Shown piece after piece: positions 40,111 through 50,768 of a DNA stretch of 64,000 bases (positions within the stretch are counted from its first letter, which is position 1; every line of letters begins with the position of its first letter). Made by a program: the position numbers and the translations under genes. The notes beneath the pieces are model-generated. The model was not told where the DNA came from and did not search any database. It worked only from the letters and a program-made list of their open reading frames with translations. This DNA is from Deltaproteobacteria bacterium (GTDB taxonomy: Bacteria; Myxococcota_A; UBA9160; SZUA-336). Where the stretch lies: assembly GCA_016875225.1 (NCBI GenBank), contig VGRW01000001.1, forward strand, positions 66,225 to 130,224, given 5' to 3'.

Positions 40111-40878
40111 CTAGTCTAATCGGCGAGGTTCCTCGCGCAAATCGGGCCGCCGGAACAGCAGGAATACCTCGAGGTTTCCCTTCGGTCCGGCAAGATCGCT
40201 CTCGGCCTCGCCGAGTGCGACGAGCCCCGCGGCGAGGCCCGCCTCGCGCACCTCGCGCACCGCGCGCGCGCGGAGCTCCGGGTCGCGGACCACTCCGCCC
40301 TTCCCGACCGCGCCGCGCTCGAGCTCGAACTGCGGCTTGACCAGAAGCAGCAGTCTCGCGCCCGGTCGTGCGAGCGCGATCAGACGCGGCAGGAGCTGCC
40401 GGAGCGAGATGAACGACACGTCGGCGCAGACGAGGTCGAAGCGTTCGTCGCCCGGCTCGAGCTCGAAGTGGCGCAGGTTCGTGCGCTCGCGCACCCGAAC
40501 GCGGGGATCGCCGCGAAGCGACGCCGCGAGCTGCCCGTAGCCGACGTCGAGCGCGAGAACCTGCCGCGCGCCGCGCTGGAGCAGGCAGTCGGTGAAGCCG
40601 CCGGTCGAGGCGCCGACGTCCGCGCAGCGCAGGCCCGTGACGTCGAGCCCGAACGCGTCGAGCGCGCCCGCGAGCTTCTCGCCGCCACGCGAGACGAAGC
40701 GCGCGCGCGTGGCCAGCACGAGCTGCGCATCGGCCGGCACCTGCAGGCCCGCCTTGTCGAGCACTCGATCGCCGAGCCTCACCTCGCCGGCGAGGATTCG
40801 CGCGCGTGCGCGCGATAGCGACGCCTCGAGCCCGAGCGCGACGAGCCGCTCGTCGAGACGCACGCGCGCCTTCGCCAC
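40111..40878 (-). CDS. tlyA: TlyA-family rRNA 2'-O-methyltransferase (S4 plus FtsJ domains)
   Basis: S4-like N-terminus (RLDERLVALGL...SRARARILAGEV) followed by an FtsJ-like methyltransferase (DVGASTGGFTDCLL). Confidence 0.85.
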   Translation of the reverse strand: MAKARVRLDERLVALGLEASLSRARARILAGEVRLGDRVLDKAGLQVPADAQLVLATRARFVSRGGEKLAGALDAFGLDVTGLRCADVGASTGGFTDCLLQRGARQVLALDVGYGQLAASLRGDPRVRVRERTNLRHFELEPGDERFDLVCADVSFISLRQLLPRLIALARPGARLLLLVKPQFELERGAVGKGGVVRDPELRARAVREVREAGLAAGLVALGEAESDLAGPKGNLEVFLLFRRPDLREEPRRLD

Positions 40879-40881
40879 GGC

Positions 40882-42768
40882 CTAGCGCCCGAGCAGCTCG
40901 CGGGCCGCGCGCTCGATGCCGGCGGCATCGATTCCGAGCGCTTCGCGCCACTCCGCCTGGGAGCCGTGCTCGATCACGCGATCGGGGATGCCGAGCTCGC
41001 GGACCGGAATCGAGATGCGCTGCTCCGCCAGCGCGGCGAGCACGGCATCTCCCATCCCTCCGATCGCGCTGTGCTCCTCGACCACGAGCAGCGCTCCGCA
41101 GCGGCGCGCGAGCTCGCCGATCCGGCCCACGTCGACGGGCTTGGCAAAGCGGGCGTTCAGCACCGCGGCGGAGATCCCGTGCTCGGAGAGCCGCTCGGCG
41201 GCGTCGAGCGCGGGAGCGACCGAATGCCCGAGCGCGACGATGCCGAGGTCGCGGCCGTCGCGAAGCAGCTCCGCCTCGCCGATCGCGAGGCTCTTCACGT
41301 CGTTGTCCAGCGGGACGCCGAGCGCCGCGCCGCGCGGGATGCGCAGCGCGGCCGGGCCCGGGTACTCGATCGCGGTCTTCAGCATCTGGCGCAGCTCGTT
41401 CTCGTCCTTCGGCGCCATCAGCACGATGTTCGGCAGCGCTCGCAGGTAGGCGATGTCGTAGAAGCCCTGGTGCGTCGCGCCGTCGGCGCCGACCAGGCCG
41501 GCTCGGTCGAGCACGAACGTCACGCCGAGACCCTGCAGGCAGACGTCGTGCACGATCTGGTCGTAGGCGCGCTGCAAGAACGTCGAGTAGATCGCGCAGA
41601 CCGGCTTCAGCCCCTCGGTCGCGAGCCCCGCCGCGAACGTCACCGCGTGCTGCTCGGCGATCCCCACGTCGTAGAAGCGGTCGGGAAAGCTGGCCTGGAA
41701 CTTGTCGAGGCCGGTGCCGCCGCTCATGGCCGCGGTGATGCCGACGATGCGCGGATCGTCCTTGGCCAGCTCGATCAGGGCGTCGGCGAAGGCGCCGGTC
41801 CACGACGGCGCGCCCGGCGTCGACTTCTTCATCGCGCCCGAGCTGACCTCGAACTGCTCGACGCCGTGGTACTTCACGGGATCGGCCTGCGAGTATTCGT
41901 AGCCGTAGCCCTTCTCGGTGCGGCAGTGGATCAGCACCGGGTGCTCGTTGCTCTCGATGTCGCGCGCATTGCGGAACGTCTCGACCAGCTGCGGCAGGTC
42001 GTGACCGTCGATCGGGCCGATGTAGTTGAAGCCGAGCCCTTCGAAGAGGTGCGCGGGCGAGATGAAGCCCTTGAAGCTCTGCTCCGCGCGGCGCGCCATC
42101 TCGACCAGCTCGTCGCCGGCGCGCGGGATCGACTCGAGGAACGACTTCAACGCGTGCTTGAGGCGCCGCGTCTGCGGCGCCGACCAACGCCGCGCCAGGA
42201 AGCTGGTCAGCGCACCGACGTTCTTCGAGATCGACATCTCGTTGTCGTTCAGCACGACGATCAGGTTCGAGAGCCGCAGGTAGCCGGCGTTGTTCAGGCC
42301 CTCGTAGGCCATGCCCGCGGTCATCGCGCCGTCGCCGATCACCGCGACCACCTTCTCGCGCCCGCCGCGGCGGCGGATCGCCTCGGCGATGCCGGTCGCC
42401 GCCGAGATCGAGGTTCCGGCGTGACCCGCGCCGAAGACGTCGTACTCGGACTCCTGCCGGCGCAGGAACTTCCCCATCCCGTCCTTCGCCCCGATGGTCC
42501 CGAACGCCTTGCGGCGCCCGGTCAGCATCTTGTGCGGATAGCCCTGGTGGCCGACGTCCCAGATCAGCCGGTCGCGCGGGGTGTCGAAGACGTAGTGCAG
42601 CGCGACCGTGAGCTCGACCGCGCCGAGGCCTGCCGCCAGGTGCCCGCCGGTACGCGAGATCGTGTCGATGATCGCCGAGCGCACCGCGGTCGCGACTTCC
42701 GGCAGCCGGGCTTCGGGCAGCTTGCGCAGGTCCTCGGGGGAATCGATCGAGTTCAGGATCTCGCTCAT
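40882..42768 (-). CDS. dxs: 1-deoxy-D-xylulose-5-phosphate synthase
   Basis: Full-length Dxs with the TPP motifs GDGAMTAGMAYEGLNNAG and HQGYPHKMLTGR. The start was trimmed to MSEILNSID (42768). The ORF track shows it only inside a 744-aa extended ORF. Confidence 0.9.
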   Translation of the reverse strand: MSEILNSIDSPEDLRKLPEARLPEVATAVRSAIIDTISRTGGHLAAGLGAVELTVALHYVFDTPRDRLIWDVGHQGYPHKMLTGRRKAFGTIGAKDGMGKFLRRQESEYDVFGAGHAGTSISAATGIAEAIRRRGGREKVVAVIGDGAMTAGMAYEGLNNAGYLRLSNLIVVLNDNEMSISKNVGALTSFLARRWSAPQTRRLKHALKSFLESIPRAGDELVEMARRAEQSFKGFISPAHLFEGLGFNYIGPIDGHDLPQLVETFRNARDIESNEHPVLIHCRTEKGYGYEYSQADPVKYHGVEQFEVSSGAMKKSTPGAPSWTGAFADALIELAKDDPRIVGITAAMSGGTGLDKFQASFPDRFYDVGIAEQHAVTFAAGLATEGLKPVCAIYSTFLQRAYDQIVHDVCLQGLGVTFVLDRAGLVGADGATHQGFYDIAYLRALPNIVLMAPKDENELRQMLKTAIEYPGPAALRIPRGAALGVPLDNDVKSLAIGEAELLRDGRDLGIVALGHSVAPALDAAERLSEHGISAAVLNARFAKPVDVGRIGELARRCGALLVVEEHSAIGGMGDAVLAALAEQRISIPVRELGIPDRVIEHGSQAEWREALGIDAAGIERAARELLGR

Positions 42769-42775
42769 GCGGCCC

Positions 42776-43609
42776 CTACGGTAGCCGCCCGCTGACCGCG
42801 CTAGCCAGCCCGCGCAGGTACAGACCCGAACGGCCGAAGCCCTCGGCGGCGTCGATCGCCTCGGCCACCTCACTCGCGATCCGCGCGCGGGCCGCCTGCG
42901 CGTCGCAGACGCGCAGGATCGAGCACTCCTGCGGATCGTCGTCGAGCAAGTCGTCGACCAGCTGGAAGGCCAGCCCGTAGGCCAGGCCGAAGCGGTCCAG
43001 GAGCTCGAGCTCGCGCGCCGGCCGGCCCGCGAGCGCGCCGGGCGCCCAGGCGCAGAAGCGAAACAGCGCCGCGGTCTTGCGCTCGTGGATCGAGCCCACC
43101 AGCCGCGCCGTCGCATGCTCGGGGCGGAACGCCAGGTCGTCGACCTGCCCTCCCACCAGCGCGCGCGAGCCCGCCGCGTGAGCGAGCCGCGCGAACACCG
43201 GGATCGGAGCCTCGCCGCGAGCCAGCACGGCGAATGCCTCGGCGAGCAGCGCGTCGCCGACCAGGATCGCGTTCGCCTCGCCGAACTTCACGTGCACGGT
43301 GGGCCGGCCGCGGCGCAGGTCGTCGTCGTCCATCGCCGGAAGGTCGTCGTGCACCAGGGAGTAGGTGTGCACCAGCTCGATCGCCGCGGCGAGCGGCAGC
43401 GCGCGATCCGCGTCGAGGCCGCAGGCGCGCGCGGCGGCGAAGACCAGCACCGGGCGAAGCCGCTTGCCGCCGGAGAAGACCGCGTAGCGCATGCCCTCGT
43501 GGAGCGATTCGGGCGGCTCGCTCGCTCGCGGCAGCACGTCGTCCAGATAGACGTCGATCCGCGCCGCGCTCTCGGCGAGGAACGCCTCGTGCGAGTCCTC
43601 GTCCCTCAC
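42776..43609 (-). CDS. ispA: Farnesyl diphosphate synthase / polyprenyl synthetase
   Basis: [17 protein letters not shown] (FARM) and FQLVDDLLD (SARM). Confidence 0.85.
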   Translation of the reverse strand: MRDEDSHEAFLAESAARIDVYLDDVLPRASEPPESLHEGMRYAVFSGGKRLRPVLVFAAARACGLDADRALPLAAAIELVHTYSLVHDDLPAMDDDDLRRGRPTVHVKFGEANAILVGDALLAEAFAVLARGEAPIPVFARLAHAAGSRALVGGQVDDLAFRPEHATARLVGSIHERKTAALFRFCAWAPGALAGRPARELELLDRFGLAYGLAFQLVDDLLDDDPQECSILRVCDAQAARARIASEVAEAIDAAEGFGRSGLYLRGLASAVSGRLP

Positions 43610-43887
43610 TCGTCGTCCCCGAGCTCGAGCTCGCGCTCCACCGTCTCGCCGGCGACCGCTTCGAGCTTCGAGATGCGCAGCTCCGCGGCCTCGAGCCGCG
43701 CCGAGCAGAGCTTCGCGAGCGCCACGCCCTCCTCGAAGGTGCCGAGCGCCTGCTCGAGGTCGAGCTCGCCGATCTCGAGCTTGTGCACGAGTGACTCGAG
43801 CTGCGCGAGCGCCTGCTCGAAGCGCGGCTCGGCGACTCCAGTATCGGGCTCGCCGGCTTCCTTGCTTCGCGCGCGGCGCGGGGTCAT
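43606..43887 (-). CDS. xseB: Exodeoxyribonuclease VII small subunit
   Basis: 93-aa helical protein: [39 protein letters not shown]. Confidence 0.8.
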   Translation of the reverse strand: MTPRRARSKEAGEPDTGVAEPRFEQALAQLESLVHKLEIGELDLEQALGTFEEGVALAKLCSARLEAAELRISKLEAVAGETVERELELGDDE

Positions 43888-45107
43888 CCGTCCTCCAGGG
43901 ACTCGCGTACCGTGGCGCGGAGCCGGCCGCGGGCGAGCCTCACCAGGATACTCTCACCGGCCGGCGCCTGGCGCGCGTCGCGCAGGATCGCGCCGTCGGA
44001 CTCGCGGGTCGCCAGGGCAAAGCCGCGCCCGAGCACCGCGAGCGGCGAGAGCGCGTCGAGCCGGCCCGCCAGTGCCGCGAGCCGGGCGCCGGCCCGTTCG
44101 TGCGCGCGGGCCGCGGCGGCCGAGAGGCGCAGGCGCAGCTCGCGCAGCCGCAGAGCGCTCTCGCGCAGACGGAGCGCGGGGTGGATCAGACCGCGGCGCA
44201 GCGCCAAGAGCCGGTGCGAGAGCTCGCGCAGCAGAGCGCGCACGCTTCTGGCCATGCGCAGCTCGAGCTCGTCGACCCGCTGCAGCAGCTGCGCGGCGTC
44301 GGGCGCGACGAGCGCCGCTGCGGCGGTCGGCGTGGCCGCGCGAGCGTCTGCGACGAGATCGCAGAGCACCCAGTCGCTCTCGTGGCCGATCGCCGAGACG
44401 ACCGGGGTCGCAAGCTCGAAGACCGCGCGCACGAGCTCTTCGCGGTTGAAGTTCCAGAGATCCTCGAGCGATCCGCCGCCGCGCGCGAGCACGATCACCT
44501 CGACGCTCGGGTCGGCGTCGAGCAGGTGCAGCCCGCGCACGATCTCGCGCCAGGCTCCCTCGCCCTGCACGCGCGCGTCCCAGACCACGACCTCGCTTGC
44601 GGGAAAGCGCGCGCGCAGCGCGCGCAGGAAGTCGTGGATCACCGCTCCCTGGATCGACGTCACGAGACCGATGCGCCGGGGCAGGAACGGCAGCGGCCGC
44701 TTGTGCTCGGCGTCGAAGAGGCCTTCCGCGGCCAGCCGCGCCTTGAGCTTCTCGAACGCGGCGCGAAGCGCGCCCTCGCCGGCGGGGCGCAGCTCCGAGA
44801 GCACGAGCTGCAGGCTGCCCCGCTCCGCGTACAGGTCGACCCGGCCGCGCGCCTGCACGAGCATCCCGTCGCGCGGCTCGAAGTCGATCGCGCTCGCCGC
44901 GCCGCGGAACATCACCGCGCGAAGCAGCGCGCCCTCGTCCTTCAGATCGAAGTAGAGGTGCCCCGGCCGCGAGCGGAAGAGCGAGGCGATCTCGCCCTCG
45001 ACCAAGACCTCGCCAAACGCTTCGCGAAGCGTGCCGCGCAGGAGCTCGACGAGCTCCGAAACCTGGAGCGCGGGTGCGCCCTTGGCGTCGCCTGGCTTCG
45101 AGACCAT
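43884..45107 (-). CDS. xseA: Exodeoxyribonuclease VII large subunit
   Basis: OB-fold N-terminus plus catalytic domain (GLVTSIQGAVIHDFL...VIVLARGGGSLEDLWNFN). The start was trimmed to MVSKPGDA (45107). Confidence 0.85.
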   Translation of the reverse strand: MVSKPGDAKGAPALQVSELVELLRGTLREAFGEVLVEGEIASLFRSRPGHLYFDLKDEGALLRAVMFRGAASAIDFEPRDGMLVQARGRVDLYAERGSLQLVLSELRPAGEGALRAAFEKLKARLAAEGLFDAEHKRPLPFLPRRIGLVTSIQGAVIHDFLRALRARFPASEVVVWDARVQGEGAWREIVRGLHLLDADPSVEVIVLARGGGSLEDLWNFNREELVRAVFELATPVVSAIGHESDWVLCDLVADARAATPTAAAALVAPDAAQLLQRVDELELRMARSVRALLRELSHRLLALRRGLIHPALRLRESALRLRELRLRLSAAAARAHERAGARLAALAGRLDALSPLAVLGRGFALATRESDGAILRDARQAPAGESILVRLARGRLRATVRESLEDG

Positions 45108-45267
45108 CCCGGGACGGTACCGGAACTCGGAGGGCGAGGCCTCGGCGGGCCTCGGCGGCCGCACCGGGTCTCCTCGGGGGTCCCCTCGGGAGGACCCTCG
45201 ACCCTCCTCGTCGACGCCGGCGCGGCCGCCGAGGCCGCGGACGCTGGTCGGAGTCAGAGGAAGATCG

Positions 45268-46713
45268 TCAGGCGCCGCCTTCGGAGGTGAGTTTGGAGAA
45301 GATGGTCCAGCTCTTGAGGAGCTCGACGGCTCGGGTCAGCTGCCGGTCGATGCCGAGCTGCTGCTGGAAGCGCGCTTCCTTTGCCTCTTCGGTATTGGCG
45401 GGCTCGCCCTCCGGCTCTGCGATCGGCTCGGGAATCGGCGCGGTTTCCTTTGCTCCGGCGCCTGCACCGGGCTTGTTCTCGAAGTGACCCTCGAGGTCGA
45501 CCTCGCCGGTGGAGCGGCGGCGCTCCTGGGTTCGGGACTCCTGCGCCGCGGTGAGCTCCGCCTCGCTGAACGGCTCGACCAGGACGTCGGGCTGCACGCG
45601 CACCTCCTGGATCGAGCGGCCGCTCGGCAGGTAGTAGAGCGCCGTGGTCAGGCGCAGGCCCGACCCGTCTTCCAGCGGGATGATGGTCTGCACCGAGCCC
45701 TTGCCGAAGGTCTGCGAGCCGAGCAGGAGCGCGCGCTTGTGGTCCTGGAGCGCGCCCGAGACGATCTCCGAGGCCGACGCGCTGCCGCCGTTCACGAGCA
45801 CGATCATCGGGTACTCGCCCTCGGTGCCCTCGCGCTTGGCGTGCCACTCCATGCGATTGCCGCCGCTGCGCCCCTCGGAGAAGACGATCAGGCCACTCTC
45901 GAGCCAGACGTCGCCGACCTTGACGGCCTGATCGAGCAGCCCGCCCGGATTGTCGCGCAGGTCGAGCACGAGCCCGCGCAGCGGCCCACCCGCCTTCGCG
46001 TGCGCCAGCTTCAGCGCGTCCTGCAGGTCTTCGGCGGTGCGCTCCTGGAACTGCGAGATGCGCACGTACGGGAGATCCTTCTCGATCATGTGCAGCTGCA
46101 CGCTCGAGACCCGGATCGACGCGCGCTTGATGATGAACGGCTTGGGCTGGTTCCAGCCCGAGCGCAGGATCTGGATCATGATCTTGGTGCCGCGCGGGCC
46201 GCGCATCATCTTCACGGCCTCGAGCAGGTTCATGTCCTGCGTGCCCTTGCACGACTTCTCGGTGGCATCGGGGCAGACCGCGACGATCTGGTCCTTGGCC
46301 TGCAGACCGGCGAGCGCCGCGGGCGTGCCGTCGATCGGAGCGACCACGGTCACGAAGCCGTCGCCCTTCTCGCCGTCGCCCTTGGTGATCTCGATGCCGA
46401 GGCCCTCGAACTCACCCTTCGTGTCGCGCTGCATCTCCTTGTACAGATCGCGCGAGAGGTACGAGGTGTGGGGATCGAGCGTGTCGAGCATTCCCTTCAG
46501 CGCGCCTTCGACGAGCTGGTGCTCGTCGACGTCCTTCACGTAGTGCTGCCGCACCAGGTGCAGGACGTTCGTCAGCAGCGAGAGATCCTCGTAGCTCGGC
46601 CCGGTCGGGCTCGAGCGCAGCGACTGCGCGCCGCCCGCGACCAGCGCCGCCAGCAGCGCGAGCGGGGCCGCGATCCGGATCATCTTGCCGAGTGCGCTTC
46701 GTTTCGTGCTCAT
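45268..46713 (-). CDS. ctpA: Carboxyl-terminal processing protease (S41 family, PDZ-containing)
   Basis: 481 aa with a signal peptide, a PDZ domain and the S41 catalytic region (LVLDLRDNPGG...GSASASEIVSGALQDHKRALLLGSQTFGKG). Confidence 0.85.
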   Translation of the reverse strand: MSTKRSALGKMIRIAAPLALLAALVAGGAQSLRSSPTGPSYEDLSLLTNVLHLVRQHYVKDVDEHQLVEGALKGMLDTLDPHTSYLSRDLYKEMQRDTKGEFEGLGIEITKGDGEKGDGFVTVVAPIDGTPAALAGLQAKDQIVAVCPDATEKSCKGTQDMNLLEAVKMMRGPRGTKIMIQILRSGWNQPKPFIIKRASIRVSSVQLHMIEKDLPYVRISQFQERTAEDLQDALKLAHAKAGGPLRGLVLDLRDNPGGLLDQAVKVGDVWLESGLIVFSEGRSGGNRMEWHAKREGTEGEYPMIVLVNGGSASASEIVSGALQDHKRALLLGSQTFGKGSVQTIIPLEDGSGLRLTTALYYLPSGRSIQEVRVQPDVLVEPFSEAELTAAQESRTQERRRSTGEVDLEGHFENKPGAGAGAKETAPIPEPIAEPEGEPANTEEAKEARFQQQLGIDRQLTRAVELLKSWTIFSKLTSEGGA

Positions 46714-46734
46714 GGATGCCTTCCTCGGTGGAGC

Positions 46735-47901
46735 TCATTTCCCTAGCCAGAGCGCCGGGTCGACGGCCTTTCCGTCGTGTCGAATCTCGAAGTAAAGCCC
46801 GGGTCCGGACGCCGATCCAGTCTCGCCCACCGATCCGATCGGCTGGCCGAGCGCGACACTGTCGCCGGCCGCTACGTGGACCGCGTCCAGATAGCCCGAA
46901 ACCGACAGATCGCCAGAACCGTGGTCCACGATCACCATCTGGCCGTAGCCCCGGAACCAGCCGGCGAAGAGCACGCGGCCCGGACCGACCGCCAGGACCG
47001 GAGCGCCGGCCGGGGCCTCGATCTCGATCCCGGTGCGAAGCGTCTTGGTCTGGAACTCCGGATCGATCTGCCGGCCGAAGCCCGCGCGCGTGCGACCGGC
47101 GACCGGCCGGGACGTCTGGCCGCGGACCAGACCCGACCCGATCCCGGGCGCGAGACCCGGGCTCCGCGAGGCCGGCGCGCCGGGCTCGCTCTTCGGCAGA
47201 CGCCGGATCGCGTCCTCGAGCCGGCCGGCGGCCTCGCGCAGCTCGGCCGCGGCCTTCTCCTCGCGCTCGGCTCGCGTGCGCAGCAGCCCGACCATGTTGC
47301 GGCGCTCGACCAGGCGCGATCGCGCGCGCTCCTCGCGCGCCAGCGCCTCGCGCCGCGCGTCGGACGCCTCGCGGAGCAGCAGCTCGCCCTCGCGTCGCCT
47401 CGCCTCGAACTCGGCTCGCTCGCGCTCGTGGCGGGCGAACAGCGCGCGGTCCTGCGCGAGGATCCGCGCCATCCCCTCGCGGCGGCGCGCGAAGCTCGCG
47501 AAGTCGCCGGCGGACCACATCGAGGCGATGCCCCCCGTCGCGTTCCACTTGTAGAGCGCGACCAGCCTCTGCTCGAGCGCGCGGTCGGTCGCGGCGAGCG
47601 CGGCCGCGGCCTTCTTCGCGCCGTCGCGCGCGAGACCGAGCTCGCGTGTCGCTTCGCGCTCCCGCTCGCGCAGGAGCGCGGCGCCGCGCCGCGTCTCGAC
47701 GAGCTCGCGGTCGACCGCCTCGATCTCGCCGAGGTAGCCCTCGGCTTCCGCGCCGAGCTCGCGCGCGCGCGCCTCGCGCTCCTCGATCTCCTTGCGCAGG
47801 CTCTCGAGCCGTTGTCCGGGGTCCGCGGCTCCGGCGGAGGTGGCGCCACAGATCGCGACGAGCGCCGCCGCGAGCGCCGCGACCCGCGCGAGTCCGGTCA
47901 C
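46735..47901 (-). CDS. envC: Murein hydrolase activator EnvC-like (coiled coil plus M23/LytM domain)
   Basis: Signal peptide, a long coiled coil and a C-terminal LytM domain (GIEIEAPAGAPVLAVGPGRVLFAGWFRGYGQMVIVDHG). It follows ftsEX. Confidence 0.8.
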   Translation of the reverse strand: MTGLARVAALAAALVAICGATSAGAADPGQRLESLRKEIEEREARARELGAEAEGYLGEIEAVDRELVETRRGAALLREREREATRELGLARDGAKKAAAALAATDRALEQRLVALYKWNATGGIASMWSAGDFASFARRREGMARILAQDRALFARHERERAEFEARRREGELLLREASDARREALAREERARSRLVERRNMVGLLRTRAEREEKAAAELREAAGRLEDAIRRLPKSEPGAPASRSPGLAPGIGSGLVRGQTSRPVAGRTRAGFGRQIDPEFQTKTLRTGIEIEAPAGAPVLAVGPGRVLFAGWFRGYGQMVIVDHGSGDLSVSGYLDAVHVAAGDSVALGQPIGSVGETGSASGPGLYFEIRHDGKAVDPALWLGK

Positions 47902-48814
47902 GGGCGGTCCTCGAGGCTGAACAGCGACATCAGCGCGCCGCCCAGCCCGAGCAGGACGCCCAGAGCCACCAGACCGGCCGCCTCGAGCGAGCCGAAGAAG
48001 ACCAGCGTCTGCGCGCCGACCAGCCAGGCGAGCGCGTCGCCGAGAAGCGGCATGCCCAGCGCGTGCAGGAGCCAGAGCAGCGCGAGCGCCGCGAGCGCGG
48101 CGAGCCCGCCCTGAAGCGCGCCCTCCAGATAGAACGGAAGTCGCACGAACAGGCCACCCGCGCCGACGAGCCGCTGGATCTGGATCTCGTCTGCGCGCGC
48201 GTGGACCGACAGCCGCACCGTTCCCGCGACGATCGCTCCGAGCACGAGCACGAGGAACGTGCCGAGCCCCACCCCGAGCCAGTCGATCATGCGCACGACG
48301 CGCGCGTAGCCCTCGACCCAGGCCTCGCCGAAGCGCACCTCACTCACGCCGGGGACGGCGGAGACCGCCGCGGCGAGCGCGCGTAGCTCGGTCGGATCGC
48401 GCCGGTCGGCCGCGATCACGAGCTCGAAGGACGCCGGCAGCGGGTTCTTCGCCATTCCGTCGAGAACGCTCGCGTCCTCGCCGAGATCGCCGCGGAGCCG
48501 CGCCATCGCCTCGTCGGGCGTCACGTAGCGCGAGTCCGACACGCCCGGGAGCGCGCGCAGGCGCGAGCCGAGCGCCTCGATCTCACCCGGCGCAGCCGAC
48601 GCGCCGATCGAGGAGAACGCGACCAGACGGAAATCCGCGCCGACGCGGTCGAGCACGCCGCGCAGGTTCGCGGCGATCAGCAGGTAGGTGCCGAGCACGA
48701 GCAGCCCTGCCGCCATCGTCGCAACCGAGAGCCCGAAGACCAGCGGCCGCTCGCGCGCGCCGCGCAGCCCCGAGCGCAGCGATGCGGCAAGCCGGCGCAG
48801 CGAGCGGACGTCGA

Positions 48815-48818
<4 letters not shown>
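47898..48818 (-). CDS. ftsX: Cell division ABC transporter permease FtsX
   Basis: 306 aa with a 4-TM FtsX topology and a periplasmic loop, in a 4-nt overlap with ftsE. Confidence 0.85.
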
Positions 48819-49525
<707 letters not shown>

Positions 49526-49566
49526 GCTCGCCTCAGCTCCTGGAGGGGAGGCGAAGCCGGGTGGTT

Positions 49567-49950
49567 CTAGCGCCCGGCGAGATGCGCGAGGATCACTTCG
49601 TCGAGCGAGCGGCGCGAGATCAGACCGGCGCCGAACTCCGCCGCGCGCTTGGCGACCACCGGCGGGCGGGTCTGCGCGTCGGCGGAAGCGACCCCGATCC
49701 GCTCGTCGAGCTTGCCGGACTTCAGCGCCTGCACCATCGCGCCGTGCTGCGCCTCCATGAGCTGGCGCACGACCGACTCGCGGTCGGCGTCGCCGAGCTG
49801 ATCCGCGTAGCTGGTCTTCTTCGAGAACAGAATCGCTCCGCCGCGGTACAGCAGCGTGACGATGCTCGGGCTCTCGGTTCCGCCGTCCTCGGTCTGGACG
49901 TGAAAGATCTGCCCGCTGTAGCGGATGTTCGTGTTGAAGCCGCCGACCAT
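49567..49950 (-). CDS. Small conserved hypothetical protein, member 3 of the local paralog family; first gene of the ftsEX-envC-ctpA cluster
   Basis: The start was trimmed to MVGGFNTNIRYSGQIFHVQTEDGGTESPSIVTLLYRGGAILF... (ATG 49950, GAGAGAGG upstream). It shares a motif block with the proteins at 30859-31188 and 62281-62781. Confidence 0.5.
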   Translation of the reverse strand: MVGGFNTNIRYSGQIFHVQTEDGGTESPSIVTLLYRGGAILFSKKTSYADQLGDADRESVVRQLMEAQHGAMVQALKSGKLDERIGVASADAQTRPPVVAKRAAEFGAGLISRRSLDEVILAHLAGR

Positions 49951-50097
49951 CGCCTCTCTCACCCCTCCGCGGCCGATTGTGCGAGACGCATCCCGGCCCC
50001 GCAACGTATCGGCGCCGCGCCCGCGCACCCGAAGTGCGCCCGAAGAGGGGTGGCCCGGAGTCGGAAGAGCTCCGGACCACCCCAGGGAGGGGCGGTC

Positions 50098-50757
50098 CTA
50101 CCCGACCGCCGAGGGGGGACGCGAGTGCCTCGAGCGCGCGAGGCCGAGCCCGCAGGCGAAGAGCAGAAGCGGCGCGACGGCGACCGGCTCCGGCAGCGCG
50201 AGCGGACCGCTGCCCGGCGTCGGGCTGTCGAAGAGCGCGAAGTCCGCCGAGTTGTCGTTGCTGTCGACGTTGGCGTAGATGCGCGCGAGGCTCTGCCCGG
50301 GCGCACCGTCGGGGGCGGGGCTGCCCTCGCCCGCGAAGATCTCCGCCGCGCCGAACACGCCGTAGCCGAGCGAATCGAGCAGCTCGCCGAGCGCGTTTCT
50401 GAGCACGATCGAGTCGGGGCCGTTCTGGAAGTCGAAGTTGGCGAGCAGGTCGGCGTTGGCGACGAGCGTCGTGCCGGCGTCGGAATCCGCCACGACGAAG
50501 AAGCCGTCCGCAGGGATCGCGCCTGACAGCGTGACGATCGGGCCGATCGCGCCATCCGCGCCATTCACACCCTCGATCCGCCAGCCCTCGAGCGACGTGC
50601 CGGGCACGCCCCAGAGCTCGACGAAGATCGTGCCGTTGTCGCTGCCGACCGCGTCGTAGAGCAGCTCGCTGATCTGGACCGCCCCGGACGGCGATGCGAG
50701 CAGAGAGCCGGCCGCGAGCACCGCGGCCACGACCCCCTTCGTTCGAATCCGATTCAT
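50098..50757 (-). CDS. Lamin-tail-domain (LTD) protein with C-terminal PEP-CTERM sorting signal
   Basis: Signal peptide, an LTD core (VQISELLYDAVGSDNGTIFVELWGVPGTSLEGWRIEGVNG...GFFVVADSD) and a C-terminus ...LALPEPVAVAPLLLFACGLGLARSRHSRP (PEP, then TM, then basic tail). ATG 50757 is preferred (AAGGGA upstream), with 50772 as the alternative. Confidence 0.7.
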   Translation of the reverse strand: MNRIRTKGVVAAVLAAGSLLASPSGAVQISELLYDAVGSDNGTIFVELWGVPGTSLEGWRIEGVNGADGAIGPIVTLSGAIPADGFFVVADSDAGTTLVANADLLANFDFQNGPDSIVLRNALGELLDSLGYGVFGAAEIFAGEGSPAPDGAPGQSLARIYANVDSNDNSADFALFDSPTPGSGPLALPEPVAVAPLLLFACGLGLARSRHSRPPSAVG

Positions 50758-50768
50758 CAGGGTTCCCT

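Noticed and set aside
45108-45267. GC-rich CCTCGG-type imperfect repeats between xseA and ctpA.
   Set aside because: They are short, degenerate and consistent with ordinary GC-rich intergenic sequence carrying a weak hairpin. There is no evidence of a repeat element.
50741-50751. GTTCGAATCC, a tRNA T-loop-like sequence.
   Set aside because: The flanking 5-nt arms do not pair (cttcg versus ccgat). The sequence is simply the codons for NRIRT at the start of the LTD gene, so no tRNA is present.
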